From assembly GCA_023819145.1 (NCBI GenBank), contig JAMWCW010000002.1, positions 75,231-139,230 of the forward strand: a stretch of DNA of 64,000 bases, given 5' to 3'. Origin of the DNA: Candidatus Omnitrophota bacterium (GTDB taxonomy: Bacteria > Omnitrophota > Gorgyraeia > DTHP01). A model generated the notes under the pieces. It saw nothing but the letters and a program-made list of their open reading frames with translations. It was not told the DNA's origin and did no database searches. Positions 9,598-18,700 of the stretch are shown piece after piece (the stretch's first letter is position 1; each line of letters starts with the position of its first letter). Position numbers and translations under genes: made by a program.

Positions 9598-11066
9598 TTT
9601 GAAGAAAAATCCTTTATATGCCCTACAACCTTAACCCCTGCCTTTTTAAAATAAAGCAAATCTAGAAAATCTCTTATAGACCTAATACGATTATAGATAA
9701 ATTCAGGATGAAAAGAAACTCGATAAATTCTCTGCACAAGTTTCATAAGAGTTTCATCAGGAATAGGAGTTTTCATTATCGGTTCCTTCATGTCAAACCT
9801 GTCCCAAGAGAATGTCTTTAACCAACCCTTCTCTTTACATTCTTCAAATAAAGGAGTACATGGATAGGGAATTACCAGAGTTGCTTGTACTGTGTACGCA
9901 TATCCTTTCCTTAAAAGCCAGCTTCCTAACTTCAATGTTTTTAAAGCATCTTCATAATCTTCCCATGGATAACCAAACATAATAGTAATGTGTGGAAAAA
10001 GTTCTGCCTTACGCGCAATTTTACAATCTTCTATAATTTTTTCCACGGTTAAATTTTTGTTTATTCTATCTAAAGTCTTTTGATTTGCTGACTCTAGTCC
10101 AAAAAGAAGCAACCTAAAATTAGCCTTTTTCATTAACCTAAAATCCTCAAAAGTCAATGCTCCAAATCTCATATTACAGTCTATATATATTTTTTTATGA
10201 TAACCTCTCTTTATCATTCCTTGACAAAACTCCTTAAGCCAATCTCCTTTGGGAAAGGTTCCTGTATCATCCATTATTTCTTTTATTTTATACCTGTCAA
10301 TCAATATCCCAATCTCACTTAGAACATTATCCGCTTTTCGTACTTTAAATTTGGGATACAAAGTAGGCCAACTACAAAAACTACATTTTCCCCACCAGCA
10401 ATCTCTACCTGACATAATATAAGTTCCTGGAGTACGTTTATAATTTCCATTTTTATAAGCGTAGAGTTGCCATTTAGTCAAATCGCGGTCTATAAAAGGC
10501 AGAGAATTTAGATCGTGGTTTAGTTGAAAAATCCCAGTTTTTTTAACCTCTCCATTTTCACGGTAGTAAATCCCTGGCTCCAATTCCGACACTCCCAGTT
10601 GATAATTCGCAGTTCCTAATTTTTTAAGACTATTACATAGACTTAATAATAAAAAGTCATAATCACCACCCGTTAGAACAAAATCTACATTAGAATTTTG
10701 AAAAGACTCCTCTGGCAAAGCAGTAACATGGTCACCAAATAAAACAGTTATCGGGTTACAAAGTTGCTTGAGTTCATCTATTATACTCCAATGTTGTTTG
10801 ATAACTGGGGTTTTTGTCTCCATCGCAATTAAATCAGGTTTTTCTCTCTTAATAATTTCCAAGAATTCATTATAAGAAATCCCTTCCGCAATTCCATCTA
10901 TCCAGATAACTTCGTGTCCACTATTCTTTAACAAAGTAGCAGCCATTGCGGGAACTACTGGATAAATGTAGGTTGGTTCTTTAAAATACTGAAACTGGCG
11001 ATTCTGACTCAAAAGCGGAGTTCCTTTTTTTGAATCTAAGGGAGGATAAGCAATTACTACCTTCAT
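9585..11066 (-). CDS. Cobalamin-binding radical SAM protein (class B methyltransferase-like)
   Basis: N-terminal B12-binding-like domain (GDHVTALPEE); CWWGKCSFC cluster motif; GLESANQ..L; MFGYPWE. Confidence 0.85.
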   Translation of the reverse strand: MKVVIAYPPLDSKKGTPLLSQNRQFQYFKEPTYIYPVVPAMAATLLKNSGHEVIWIDGIAEGISYNEFLEIIKREKPDLIAMETKTPVIKQHWSIIDELKQLCNPITVLFGDHVTALPEESFQNSNVDFVLTGGDYDFLLLSLCNSLKKLGTANYQLGVSELEPGIYYRENGEVKKTGIFQLNHDLNSLPFIDRDLTKWQLYAYKNGNYKRTPGTYIMSGRDCWWGKCSFCSWPTLYPKFKVRKADNVLSEIGILIDRYKIKEIMDDTGTFPKGDWLKEFCQGMIKRGYHKKIYIDCNMRFGALTFEDFRLMKKANFRLLLFGLESANQKTLDRINKNLTVEKIIEDCKIARKAELFPHITIMFGYPWEDYEDALKTLKLGSWLLRKGYAYTVQATLVIPYPCTPLFEECKEKGWLKTFSWDRFDMKEPIMKTPIPDETLMKLVQRIYRVSFHPEFIYNRIRSIRDFLDLLYFKKAGVKVVGHIKDFSSNLTI

Positions 11067-12058
11067 TATTCCTCTTTCATCTTTCTAGAAAATAATCCTT
11101 TTAAAAAATAAATACCGTAGGTAAAATGAGTTAGTATTATACCTAAAGACAAAAATAAAAATAATTTTAATCGACTAGATATCTTAAGTTTAGACTTCTC
11201 TACAGTAATTATTTTAAAAATACTAAAAAGAAGAGAAATAAAAATATAAAAAGAAAAAATAAAAAGAAAAACATTTCCAAAAAAAACATTTCCAATTATT
11301 CCCATAAATCCTGAAAAAATAGTAACAAGAATAAACAAAGAGGGAGTAAGATATGAAATCTTAAAAGAAGTTTCAGGAAACCGTTTAGCAAAATATCCCC
11401 TATGAAGTGCATAATTAGAGACCTGTTTTAAATGAGAAACAAATAAGGGACGACGGTGATGATAGACCACTAATTCTGGAACATAAAGAATTTTCTTACG
11501 CAGTTTTTTAACAATTTCTAAGCATAGGAAAGTATCTTCTCCAGGCCAAAAATTGGTTTTAAATCCTCCTAATTTTTCAAAAATTTCTCTACGAATAATG
11601 AAATTGCAGGAAGGATAATCATCCACTTCTCTTCTTCTTTCAGGACGGTAGCGATAAGTAAGCCCATCGCTTACCAAAAAAGTCTCATAAATCAACCCGC
11701 TGGATAATTGTCTCAAGCTATCTTCCTGAGGAGTTATTGCAGGACCACCTATCGCAGCAATTTCTGAATTCAAGAAATAACTCGTTCCTAATTTTAGCCA
11801 ATCCTTTTTAGGATAGGCATCGTCATCAATAAAGGCAATAAATTCCCCTAATGAAATTCCCAGGATTTTATTTCTTTTTACAGGGGGATTAACTTTTCCT
11901 GTAGGGATAACTTTAACTTTTGAATCATGATAACTAAATTCTTCATCAGGTAAAACAATTATTTCATAATCCGAATAATCTAATTCCAAACAATGCCTTA
12001 AACACTCTTCTAAATAAGGATTAGACTTTTTGCAGGCAATAACTATGGATACTTTCAT
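11066..12058 (-). CDS. GT2 glycosyltransferase with C-terminal TM helices
   Basis: AFIDDDAYP, GGF...PGED and VYHHRR motifs; hydrophobic C-terminus. Confidence 0.88.
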   Translation of the reverse strand: MKVSIVIACKKSNPYLEECLRHCLELDYSDYEIIVLPDEEFSYHDSKVKVIPTGKVNPPVKRNKILGISLGEFIAFIDDDAYPKKDWLKLGTSYFLNSEIAAIGGPAITPQEDSLRQLSSGLIYETFLVSDGLTYRYRPERRREVDDYPSCNFIIRREIFEKLGGFKTNFWPGEDTFLCLEIVKKLRKKILYVPELVVYHHRRPLFVSHLKQVSNYALHRGYFAKRFPETSFKISYLTPSLFILVTIFSGFMGIIGNVFFGNVFLFIFSFYIFISLLFSIFKIITVEKSKLKISSRLKLFLFLSLGIILTHFTYGIYFLKGLFSRKMKEE

Positions 12059-12061
12059 TAT

Positions 12062-12799
12062 CTAAAATCTCCTATAATATCGTAAGATATAAAGGCGATA
12101 AAAAATAGCCAAAGTATCTTTAAAGATATTTAAAATAGAAGACAAATCCACGGAACTTTGCCAGTGTTGATCGAGCTTCACTGGTGCTTCTACTATTTTA
12201 TAACCTAAGCGATGTACATTAACCAAAACCTCCACATCAAAAGCAAATCTTTTAACCAATATTTTGGGAAATACCCTTTCTAAAATCTCATATTTGAATA
12301 ACTTCAATCCTGTCTGGGTATCACGCACAGGTAAGCCAAAAAGAATCTTGATAAGATAATAATAGCCCAAACTTAAAATACGGCGTAAGAGAGGATAATT
12401 AAGTCGGGAATTGGGATGGAATTTTGAACCAATCACCACATCCGCCTCATCAAGGAGCATAATATCAAAAAAGGTAGAAATCTGTTCAGGATGAAGGGAT
12501 AAATCCGCATCCATAAAAACCACCCACTCTCCTCTACAATAACGAAATCCTTTCTTTAAAGCCCTTCCTTTTCCGAAATTCTTCTTATTCCTTGTAAGGA
12601 TTATTTGAGGATATTTTTGCGCAAATCTTTTTAATTTAAAGAAAGTATCGTCTTCTGAACCATCATCAACCACAATTATTTCATATGGACATAAAAATTT
12701 TTCAAGTGTCTTTAAAATCTCAAATAGCGATGACTCAATAAATCCTGAGCCGTTATAAACAGGAACAATTACTGAAACCTTCCCATTTAAATTATCCAT
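12062..12799 (-). CDS. GT2 DPM/DPG-synthase-like glycosyltransferase
   Basis: VPVYN, VDDGSED, NFGKG, MDADL and DTQTGLKLF motifs. Confidence 0.88.
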   Translation of the reverse strand: MDNLNGKVSVIVPVYNGSGFIESSLFEILKTLEKFLCPYEIIVVDDGSEDDTFFKLKRFAQKYPQIILTRNKKNFGKGRALKKGFRYCRGEWVVFMDADLSLHPEQISTFFDIMLLDEADVVIGSKFHPNSRLNYPLLRRILSLGYYYLIKILFGLPVRDTQTGLKLFKYEILERVFPKILVKRFAFDVEVLVNVHRLGYKIVEAPVKLDQHWQSSVDLSSILNIFKDTLAIFYRLYILRYYRRF

Positions 12800-12804
12800 G
12801 ATGA

Positions 12805-14061
12805 TTATGCGGATTTATAAAATACCAACCAGAGATTTAAACACAAAAGAAATAAAAAAGATATAAAGATTAAAACAAGCACCTGCAAAAGACTTTTATG
12901 AAACAGAGAAATTAAAACAATCTCTAAGAGAACTGTTCCCAGAAAAATATTGAGGTATCTTCTCTTATCAAGAGATAAATAATAATTCATAAAAACAAAA
13001 AGAATACTAAGTAAAACCATATTAATAGAAAACATACGCACCAGAGGAAAGCATTCTTTATAGACTTTACCGACAAGCACCTTTAGTACCAACTCAGGGA
13101 AGAATATGGTAAAGAAAGCAATCAGACTAGAAAGAAAAAACATATAAAATATACTCTTTTTTAGAACAACCCTTGTATCTTTATTTTTTGCCTGAAGATT
13201 GGCCACCTTGGGAAACATAACCGCAATAATAGAAGAAGGGAAAAAGAAAACCATCTTACCTACCACTTGAGAAATAGAGTACAATCCTGCTTCAAGGGGC
13301 TCAAAAAATCGTTTTACCAAAATTATATCTATATTCAAAAAGGCGGTTCCTGCCAGAGTGACTATAAATACCGAAAATAGATATCTATAGACACTACTAA
13401 AATCAAAATCTTTATCTTCCAAGATAGAATTCATAGTCTTGGGTAAACTTTTTCTTTGAAAATAAAAAGAAATGACTAAGCCTAAAAAAGAAGAAATTAG
13501 AAATGACAACAAAGCTCCCCTTACCCCTAACAGTAATTTTATAAAAATAAAAACCAGGATTAACTTTGCTAAACCAGAAACAATAGAATTAAAACTTATA
13601 TACCAAAATTTTTGTAATCCTACCAAAATAGACTGTGGAAGAGCAGAAAGATAACTACATAAAATAATCAAGTTAAGCAGAAGAAAATTAATTCCATTGG
13701 AAATTTTCAAAAAGTCACTCAGGGGTTTATGAAATACTGTAAGAATTAAAGAAATAAAGAAACCAATTAGAAATATCCATTTACCTAAAAAAATAATAAA
13801 TCTTCTTATTCTATAGAAATTTTGCTGGGCATAAAATTGAGAGACAAAACGCCTAATGGCTATAGAAAATGCAGCGGGTAATTGAGAGAGAAGCATTAAA
13901 ATAGACAATAAAGAATTAAAAATTCCAAAATCTGAAGGAGAAAGACTTCTTGTCAAAAAAATCGTATATATTAAGTTAAAAAAATTTGTAAAACTTGTTC
14001 CTAAAAACATAATTAAAGAATCTTTTGCCAAATCATCACGAAATATATTTTTAATATTCAT
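12805..14061 (-). CDS. Oligosaccharide flippase (Wzx/MOP family); probable start ATG 14061
   Basis: About 12 TM segments; L.PSDFG and AGLYS..Q..K motifs; glycan-locus context. Confidence 0.85.
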   Translation of the reverse strand: MNIKNIFRDDLAKDSLIMFLGTSFTNFFNLIYTIFLTRSLSPSDFGIFNSLLSILMLLSQLPAAFSIAIRRFVSQFYAQQNFYRIRRFIIFLGKWIFLIGFFISLILTVFHKPLSDFLKISNGINFLLLNLIILCSYLSALPQSILVGLQKFWYISFNSIVSGLAKLILVFIFIKLLLGVRGALLSFLISSFLGLVISFYFQRKSLPKTMNSILEDKDFDFSSVYRYLFSVFIVTLAGTAFLNIDIILVKRFFEPLEAGLYSISQVVGKMVFFFPSSIIAVMFPKVANLQAKNKDTRVVLKKSIFYMFFLSSLIAFFTIFFPELVLKVLVGKVYKECFPLVRMFSINMVLLSILFVFMNYYLSLDKRRYLNIFLGTVLLEIVLISLFHKSLLQVLVLIFISFLFLLCLNLWLVFYKSA

Positions 14062-14195
14062 ATTAGGCAAGATTTTTTATCATCTAATTTTGTAAAATTT
14101 ACCCTAACCGCATTTGCTAATTCCTTATGTTTAAAATCAATCATACTTTTAGCAATTTATTAACAATCTTAACAATTTTTTTCTTACTTAAGTAA

Positions 14196-14228
14196 TTTTA
14201 CACTTTAAGTTCAGCTTAAATTGTCAAA
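14196..14228. repeat. 33-bp REP-like imperfect palindrome, copy 4
   Basis: TTTTACACTTTAAGTT-C-AGCTTAAATTGTCAAA; first 18 nt identical to copy 3. Confidence 0.85.
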
Positions 14229-15029
14229 TTTGGCAAGACGAAAGAAAATATTTCCCGAGTTATTATATGCTTTCCCAAGTAAAGGAATGTTTTTGTCCCC
14301 TGTGTCTAAAAAGTATATTTTTGCATCCAGACTGTGGCGCATTATGTCTCCTTTTCTTCTCCTTAGCAATAGATTCACCTCCCACACTTTATAGGCTCTT
14401 CCTTCTATTCTATACTCCTTTTTATTTAACACCTCTATCTTCACTCTATAGTTTGCCTGGTTGGAATTAAGATTCAATTCTTCTCCTTTATATGCATCAA
14501 ATTTTATCCTCATCAAATAAAAAATCAGAGAAAGCGGTTCATGGGTAAACGGAAAAATCACATACCGTTTTCCTTCAGAGATTATATACCCCTCTTCTTG
14601 ATTATAAATAATCTCATTTTTCTCCTTTATCTTATCATCCATGTGTATCTCTGTAGAAAAATACACTGGAAGCATCTTTGATGTATCCAGATAAGAAATT
14701 ATCTTTGCCTTCGCCGGTTTTAGCCAAGAAAAAGGAAATGTATCCTCTGCAGTCATCTCAAGCTGATATATAGACCTCTGATTATATTGTGAAAGGCCTA
14801 TTGAATGATAAAACGCCTTACCTATAGGAAAGACATTTAAATAATTAATCTGAAAATTTAAAGAAAAACTATCTTTCAATATTTCTAATCTTTCCGGAGA
14901 AGCAATTACTTTTCTAATTATCGTTTCTATCTTATTATTATAATAATTTTCCCAGCCTATAAGAAAAATTATTAACCCTATAAGAATAAAGAAAATTATT
15001 TTAAGTTTCTTCATCATTCTAACATACAT
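14211..15029 (-). CDS. DUF3108-like exported protein (start may be ATG 15017/15014)
   Basis: N-terminal TM/signal; beta-rich body with LP..F, EPLSLIFY and IP motifs resembling DUF3108. Confidence 0.55.
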   Translation of the reverse strand: MYVRMMKKLKIIFFILIGLIIFLIGWENYYNNKIETIIRKVIASPERLEILKDSFSLNFQINYLNVFPIGKAFYHSIGLSQYNQRSIYQLEMTAEDTFPFSWLKPAKAKIISYLDTSKMLPVYFSTEIHMDDKIKEKNEIIYNQEEGYIISEGKRYVIFPFTHEPLSLIFYLMRIKFDAYKGEELNLNSNQANYRVKIEVLNKKEYRIEGRAYKVWEVNLLLRRRKGDIMRHSLDAKIYFLDTGDKNIPLLGKAYNNSGNIFFRLAKFDNLS

Positions 15030-16867
15030 AAATTTGGATTTATTGGCTCAGCAATCACTTCATAAACATCAATAGGTCCTGTTTTTTTAACACACATAAT
15101 ATCTTTTTTAGGACACTCCTCTGCGGGAAAGCTCTTAACCAACTTAAGAGAGGAATTTTGAGGTATTTTTTCAAATTCTTTTTTATCCTCCAAAAGCTCT
15201 GAATTTAGATATCCATCATAATGCACAATTACATATCTTACACCCCTCCATTTCAAAATTCCCGCAGTTCTTGGTTCTGAGAGATTACGAATTTCCTGAG
15301 CAACTCGGTTAGCATAACTTCCTGGGATTGTCCCATTGATAATTTTCTTCTCATGCTTTGTCTGATAAAACTTATACATTTCATTGGGTGAGTCCGCATC
15401 CAGAGGATATTCGGCAATAGCAAAATCGCCGGGTTGCTCTTTAAGCCAATAATATACTTCAGGCACTTTTGAGACATCAATTACCTTATACGGTGGATAG
15501 TTCCAGAATTCAAAAAGCACCAGACTACAGAAAAGCGCAGTTATAGCAAGCTTTGTCTTCCGGTGCTTAAATCTTTCTAAAATAAACTTTAAACCAAATC
15601 CTGCCAAAACACTAACTGGCAGCATCAGCACAATCCCAAACCGACAATAAGCCCGAAACATTGGCAGTATCTTATACATAAAAAACGAAGGCATAAAAAT
15701 CTTAATTGGTCCAAATTTCCACCAGGGCGGTTGAGAAAAAAACCAAGCCACAATTGACAAGAATACAAAAAATCCAATATAAAAATCTTCTCTTTCTGTT
15801 AACTGTTCACTGTTAATTGTTAACTGCTTATTTTTGCGTCTCTTTCGCCAGGCTCTAAATGCAATAAAAGCTAAGGTAAGCCCTGTCCATCCCAAATAAA
15901 GCGTATGCTCGGTAAAACTTACCCCATACAAATGCGAGCCAATAAACCTCTCCGTAAATTTTCCAAAAATCGGATGAACCACCGCAGGAAGAAGATAACT
16001 TAATGGCTTTGCCGATTGGGTAAATAAATCTTCAAAGGGTCGGGCATAATGACTAAAAGCCGAAGGAGTAAAATTTATTTTATTCATAGATAATCTATTC
16101 TTTATCGCCCATAAAAATTGGGGAAGCAGAATAACAAAAACAAGCGCCATAGAAATAAAGACTTTTCCCAGAAATCTAAAGTCAGAAATAAATAATTCAT
16201 TCTTTTTAAAAAATTTTACTCTCCAACGATAAAAGAAAACATAAACCAAAAAACAGAATAGACTGATTATCCCCATATACATTATTGACCAGTCAAAGGA
16301 TAAAAGAAGAAAGAAACTTATAAAAAATAAAAAGATTCTCTTTTTGCTGAATGGATTTTCTTTTAATAAAATTACACTCAAAAGAATCAAAAGAAGCCAT
16401 TGATTATAGGTTAACCCTACGTGTTGCCAGATGCGCACAAATTGATAGGGGCAAAGACCAAAGATTGTTCCTCCTAAAATTCCTGAGAGTTTATTTTTTG
16501 TGAGATAAAAGACTAAAAGATAGGAAAATACCAAAGATAAAAAGAGATTAAGTAAAATCTGGATATTCCAGGTAAGCACCGGGGTGGTAAAAATACTCAA
16601 AAGATGTGTCCAGAAAAGCCAGAGATAAGAGATAGAACCTGATGCATACAAGTCCATACCAAAAGGATGAGCAATTAAATCCGTTCTTTTTAAAGAGAGT
16701 TTATTTAAAAACGAATACTTAATCCTCCAAAAACTCCAAATTGCCCCATAAGGCTCATCGGTTGAGAAAAAGCCAGGGATATGGGTAGTGGTTTCAAAAA
16801 TTAAAGGAAAAGTCATCGCTATAATCAGAAGAATAAAGATTATAGTAATCAAAAATTTTTTTCTCAT
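15014..16867 (-). CDS. Polytopic membrane protein, YfhO/GT-C-like
   Basis: AHPFG, LYLG, MFRAYCRF, AEYP, YQTKHEK.IING and GVRYVIVH motifs; many TM segments. Confidence 0.65.
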   Translation of the reverse strand: MRKKFLITIIFILLIIAMTFPLIFETTTHIPGFFSTDEPYGAIWSFWRIKYSFLNKLSLKRTDLIAHPFGMDLYASGSISYLWLFWTHLLSIFTTPVLTWNIQILLNLFLSLVFSYLLVFYLTKNKLSGILGGTIFGLCPYQFVRIWQHVGLTYNQWLLLILLSVILLKENPFSKKRIFLFFISFFLLLSFDWSIMYMGIISLFCFLVYVFFYRWRVKFFKKNELFISDFRFLGKVFISMALVFVILLPQFLWAIKNRLSMNKINFTPSAFSHYARPFEDLFTQSAKPLSYLLPAVVHPIFGKFTERFIGSHLYGVSFTEHTLYLGWTGLTLAFIAFRAWRKRRKNKQLTINSEQLTEREDFYIGFFVFLSIVAWFFSQPPWWKFGPIKIFMPSFFMYKILPMFRAYCRFGIVLMLPVSVLAGFGLKFILERFKHRKTKLAITALFCSLVLFEFWNYPPYKVIDVSKVPEVYYWLKEQPGDFAIAEYPLDADSPNEMYKFYQTKHEKKIINGTIPGSYANRVAQEIRNLSEPRTAGILKWRGVRYVIVHYDGYLNSELLEDKKEFEKIPQNSSLKLVKSFPAEECPKKDIMCVKKTGPIDVYEVIAEPINPNLCMLE

Positions 16868-17817
16868 TCTTTTTGTTTTTCTTCTCTTATAAACTTCACA
16901 AACTTAATCCCTACTCCCAGAACTAATACAAGATAGGCAAGATTGGCAATTTGCTCGGCAACCGGCTCTAATTTAAAGATTAAGAGAAATGCACATAAGA
17001 TTAGCAGAAACATAAAGGTAAGAATGCATTTATCAGAAAATTCTCTTGTCATAATCCAGTAAACAATGCGGTTAGAAAGAAATAAATCTTTATCTTTTTG
17101 AAAATTCTCTTTTAATAACTTGATATCTATTTTTCTTGCTGAAAAAATTAGAAACAAAGGAACCATTATTATACCTACCAAAAATATGCTCATTCCTAAA
17201 AAAGAATAAATATGAAGAATAATTCTATAAGGGCTGAATTGGGAGATAAAAAAACTAAAAAGAAAAAATAAGAAACAGGGAATATAGGAAAGAATGATGA
17301 TTAGAAGGTTTTTTGTTAGAAAAGAAAAAAATCTAAAGATAAAAAATATGGACAGGCTAAATAAAACAATGCCTAAAAGAAATTTTCTAAAATTGAATCT
17401 CTTTTCTTTTAAAAATTTACTCTCTTTAAATAGAACAGTGCCATAATCTGCGGTTCCTAAATGGTTCCTTATCCTTAAAGAATAACTCAAAGGCGAAACT
17501 ATCTTAATTTTATTTGAGCCTTCATTGACCAGATCCTCTGGAAGAGAAAAATATAACTCCTTTAATTCTCCTCTTTTGCGAAAATAAAAATGGCTTAAGA
17601 TTTTGTCATTAAAATAAACTTCTTGCGGAGAATCTTTTCCCCAGACCTTTAAAATATAGATATCTTTTTCTGGAAGATTAAATTGAGTTATTCCTTTTAC
17701 ATCCTTTAATTTCAATTTAAATCCTTTAAAATCTCCAATCACAAAATAATTGTAGAAGAAAGAAAATATCGCTCCTAAAATTAAAGAGATGAGAATTAAT
17801 TTTTTATTTTGGAACAT
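16864..17817 (-). CDS. Hypothetical membrane protein with periplasmic beta-domain
   Basis: Long ORF coupled to both neighbours; TM segments; C-terminal AEQIANLAY. Confidence 0.6.
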   Translation of the reverse strand: MFQNKKLILISLILGAIFSFFYNYFVIGDFKGFKLKLKDVKGITQFNLPEKDIYILKVWGKDSPQEVYFNDKILSHFYFRKRGELKELYFSLPEDLVNEGSNKIKIVSPLSYSLRIRNHLGTADYGTVLFKESKFLKEKRFNFRKFLLGIVLFSLSIFFIFRFFSFLTKNLLIIILSYIPCFLFFLFSFFISQFSPYRIILHIYSFLGMSIFLVGIIMVPLFLIFSARKIDIKLLKENFQKDKDLFLSNRIVYWIMTREFSDKCILTFMFLLILCAFLLIFKLEPVAEQIANLAYLVLVLGVGIKFVKFIREEKQKE

Positions 17818-18692
17818 ATTTTATTTTTAAGAAAATTAACTAAAAGAAAGATAATGCATCCCAAAAAAGTTATTCCTGAAATTCCTAATCCTAAATAGAA
17901 CAAACTCTGCGGCCAAAAATAAATTGCCAGCACAAAATTCTCACCCAACCCCAATTTTTCCGGCTCAATATACCATCCATTGGCATAGCCATTGACTAAA
18001 TGATGCGGGGCTTCTAGAGGTTTTTCAAACAAAAATCTTATATCTTGGGGTGTAAACTTCATCAAGTGTCTTGCCTCTTTTACTTTTAATTTCGGATAAT
18101 CCGCCACGATTTCCTCAAATTCTGGTGCACTGATATTCTGGATTGCTCTATACAGTTTCCATTGCTTATGAAAACTCTCAGAGAATACCAACCACAATGG
18201 CTCCGTTGCTCTTTCTACTTTTACTAAGTATTTGGTAGGATTTATCTTTTTAAAGGTGATTTCTGGTTCATTTATGGATAGTGGCTGGATACTGGATACT
18301 GGTTCTAAAATCACCCACTCTACCTCAAAAGTCGGATTTTCCAACTTCTCATATTTATGCTTTCCTTTTGCCAGCTCAATCCTTTTTACCAAAACATCCC
18401 TTTCTAAATCCTCAAAATTTTTTGGCAACTCAAAATCATTTAATCTAAAGACCTGCTGGTCTATCTTTACCAGCGGGGAATTAAATTCATTGCTTTGTTT
18501 CGGTATCTCTTGACTAAAATCTCTGGGCTCGCTAACCTTTGGTTTCAGTTTTACTTTTAAATCGTATAATCTATTTTCTGAAATGGGATATATCTTTTTC
18601 TCCTCTGTATATAAATCTATACTTTGGGCATTTGCCTTTAAAACAATCATTAATAATCCAATCCCGATTACTATCCAGATTTTCTTAGGCAT
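17796..18692 (-). CDS. Exported membrane-anchored protein resembling the C-terminal part of large GT-C (AftD/YfhO-like) proteins
   Basis: Signal peptide; INPTKY.V, LVFSESFH..W, H..VNGYANGW and PQ..FY.G followed by a C-terminal TM. Confidence 0.6.
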   Translation of the reverse strand: MPKKIWIVIGIGLLMIVLKANAQSIDLYTEEKKIYPISENRLYDLKVKLKPKVSEPRDFSQEIPKQSNEFNSPLVKIDQQVFRLNDFELPKNFEDLERDVLVKRIELAKGKHKYEKLENPTFEVEWVILEPVSSIQPLSINEPEITFKKINPTKYLVKVERATEPLWLVFSESFHKQWKLYRAIQNISAPEFEEIVADYPKLKVKEARHLMKFTPQDIRFLFEKPLEAPHHLVNGYANGWYIEPEKLGLGENFVLAIYFWPQSLFYLGLGISGITFLGCIIFLLVNFLKNKICSKIKN

Positions 18693-18700
18693 ATTTTGGG

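Noticed and set aside
4353-14228. CRISPR interpretation of the repeats
   Set aside because: Copies are kilobases apart with whole genes between them, and there are no cas genes.
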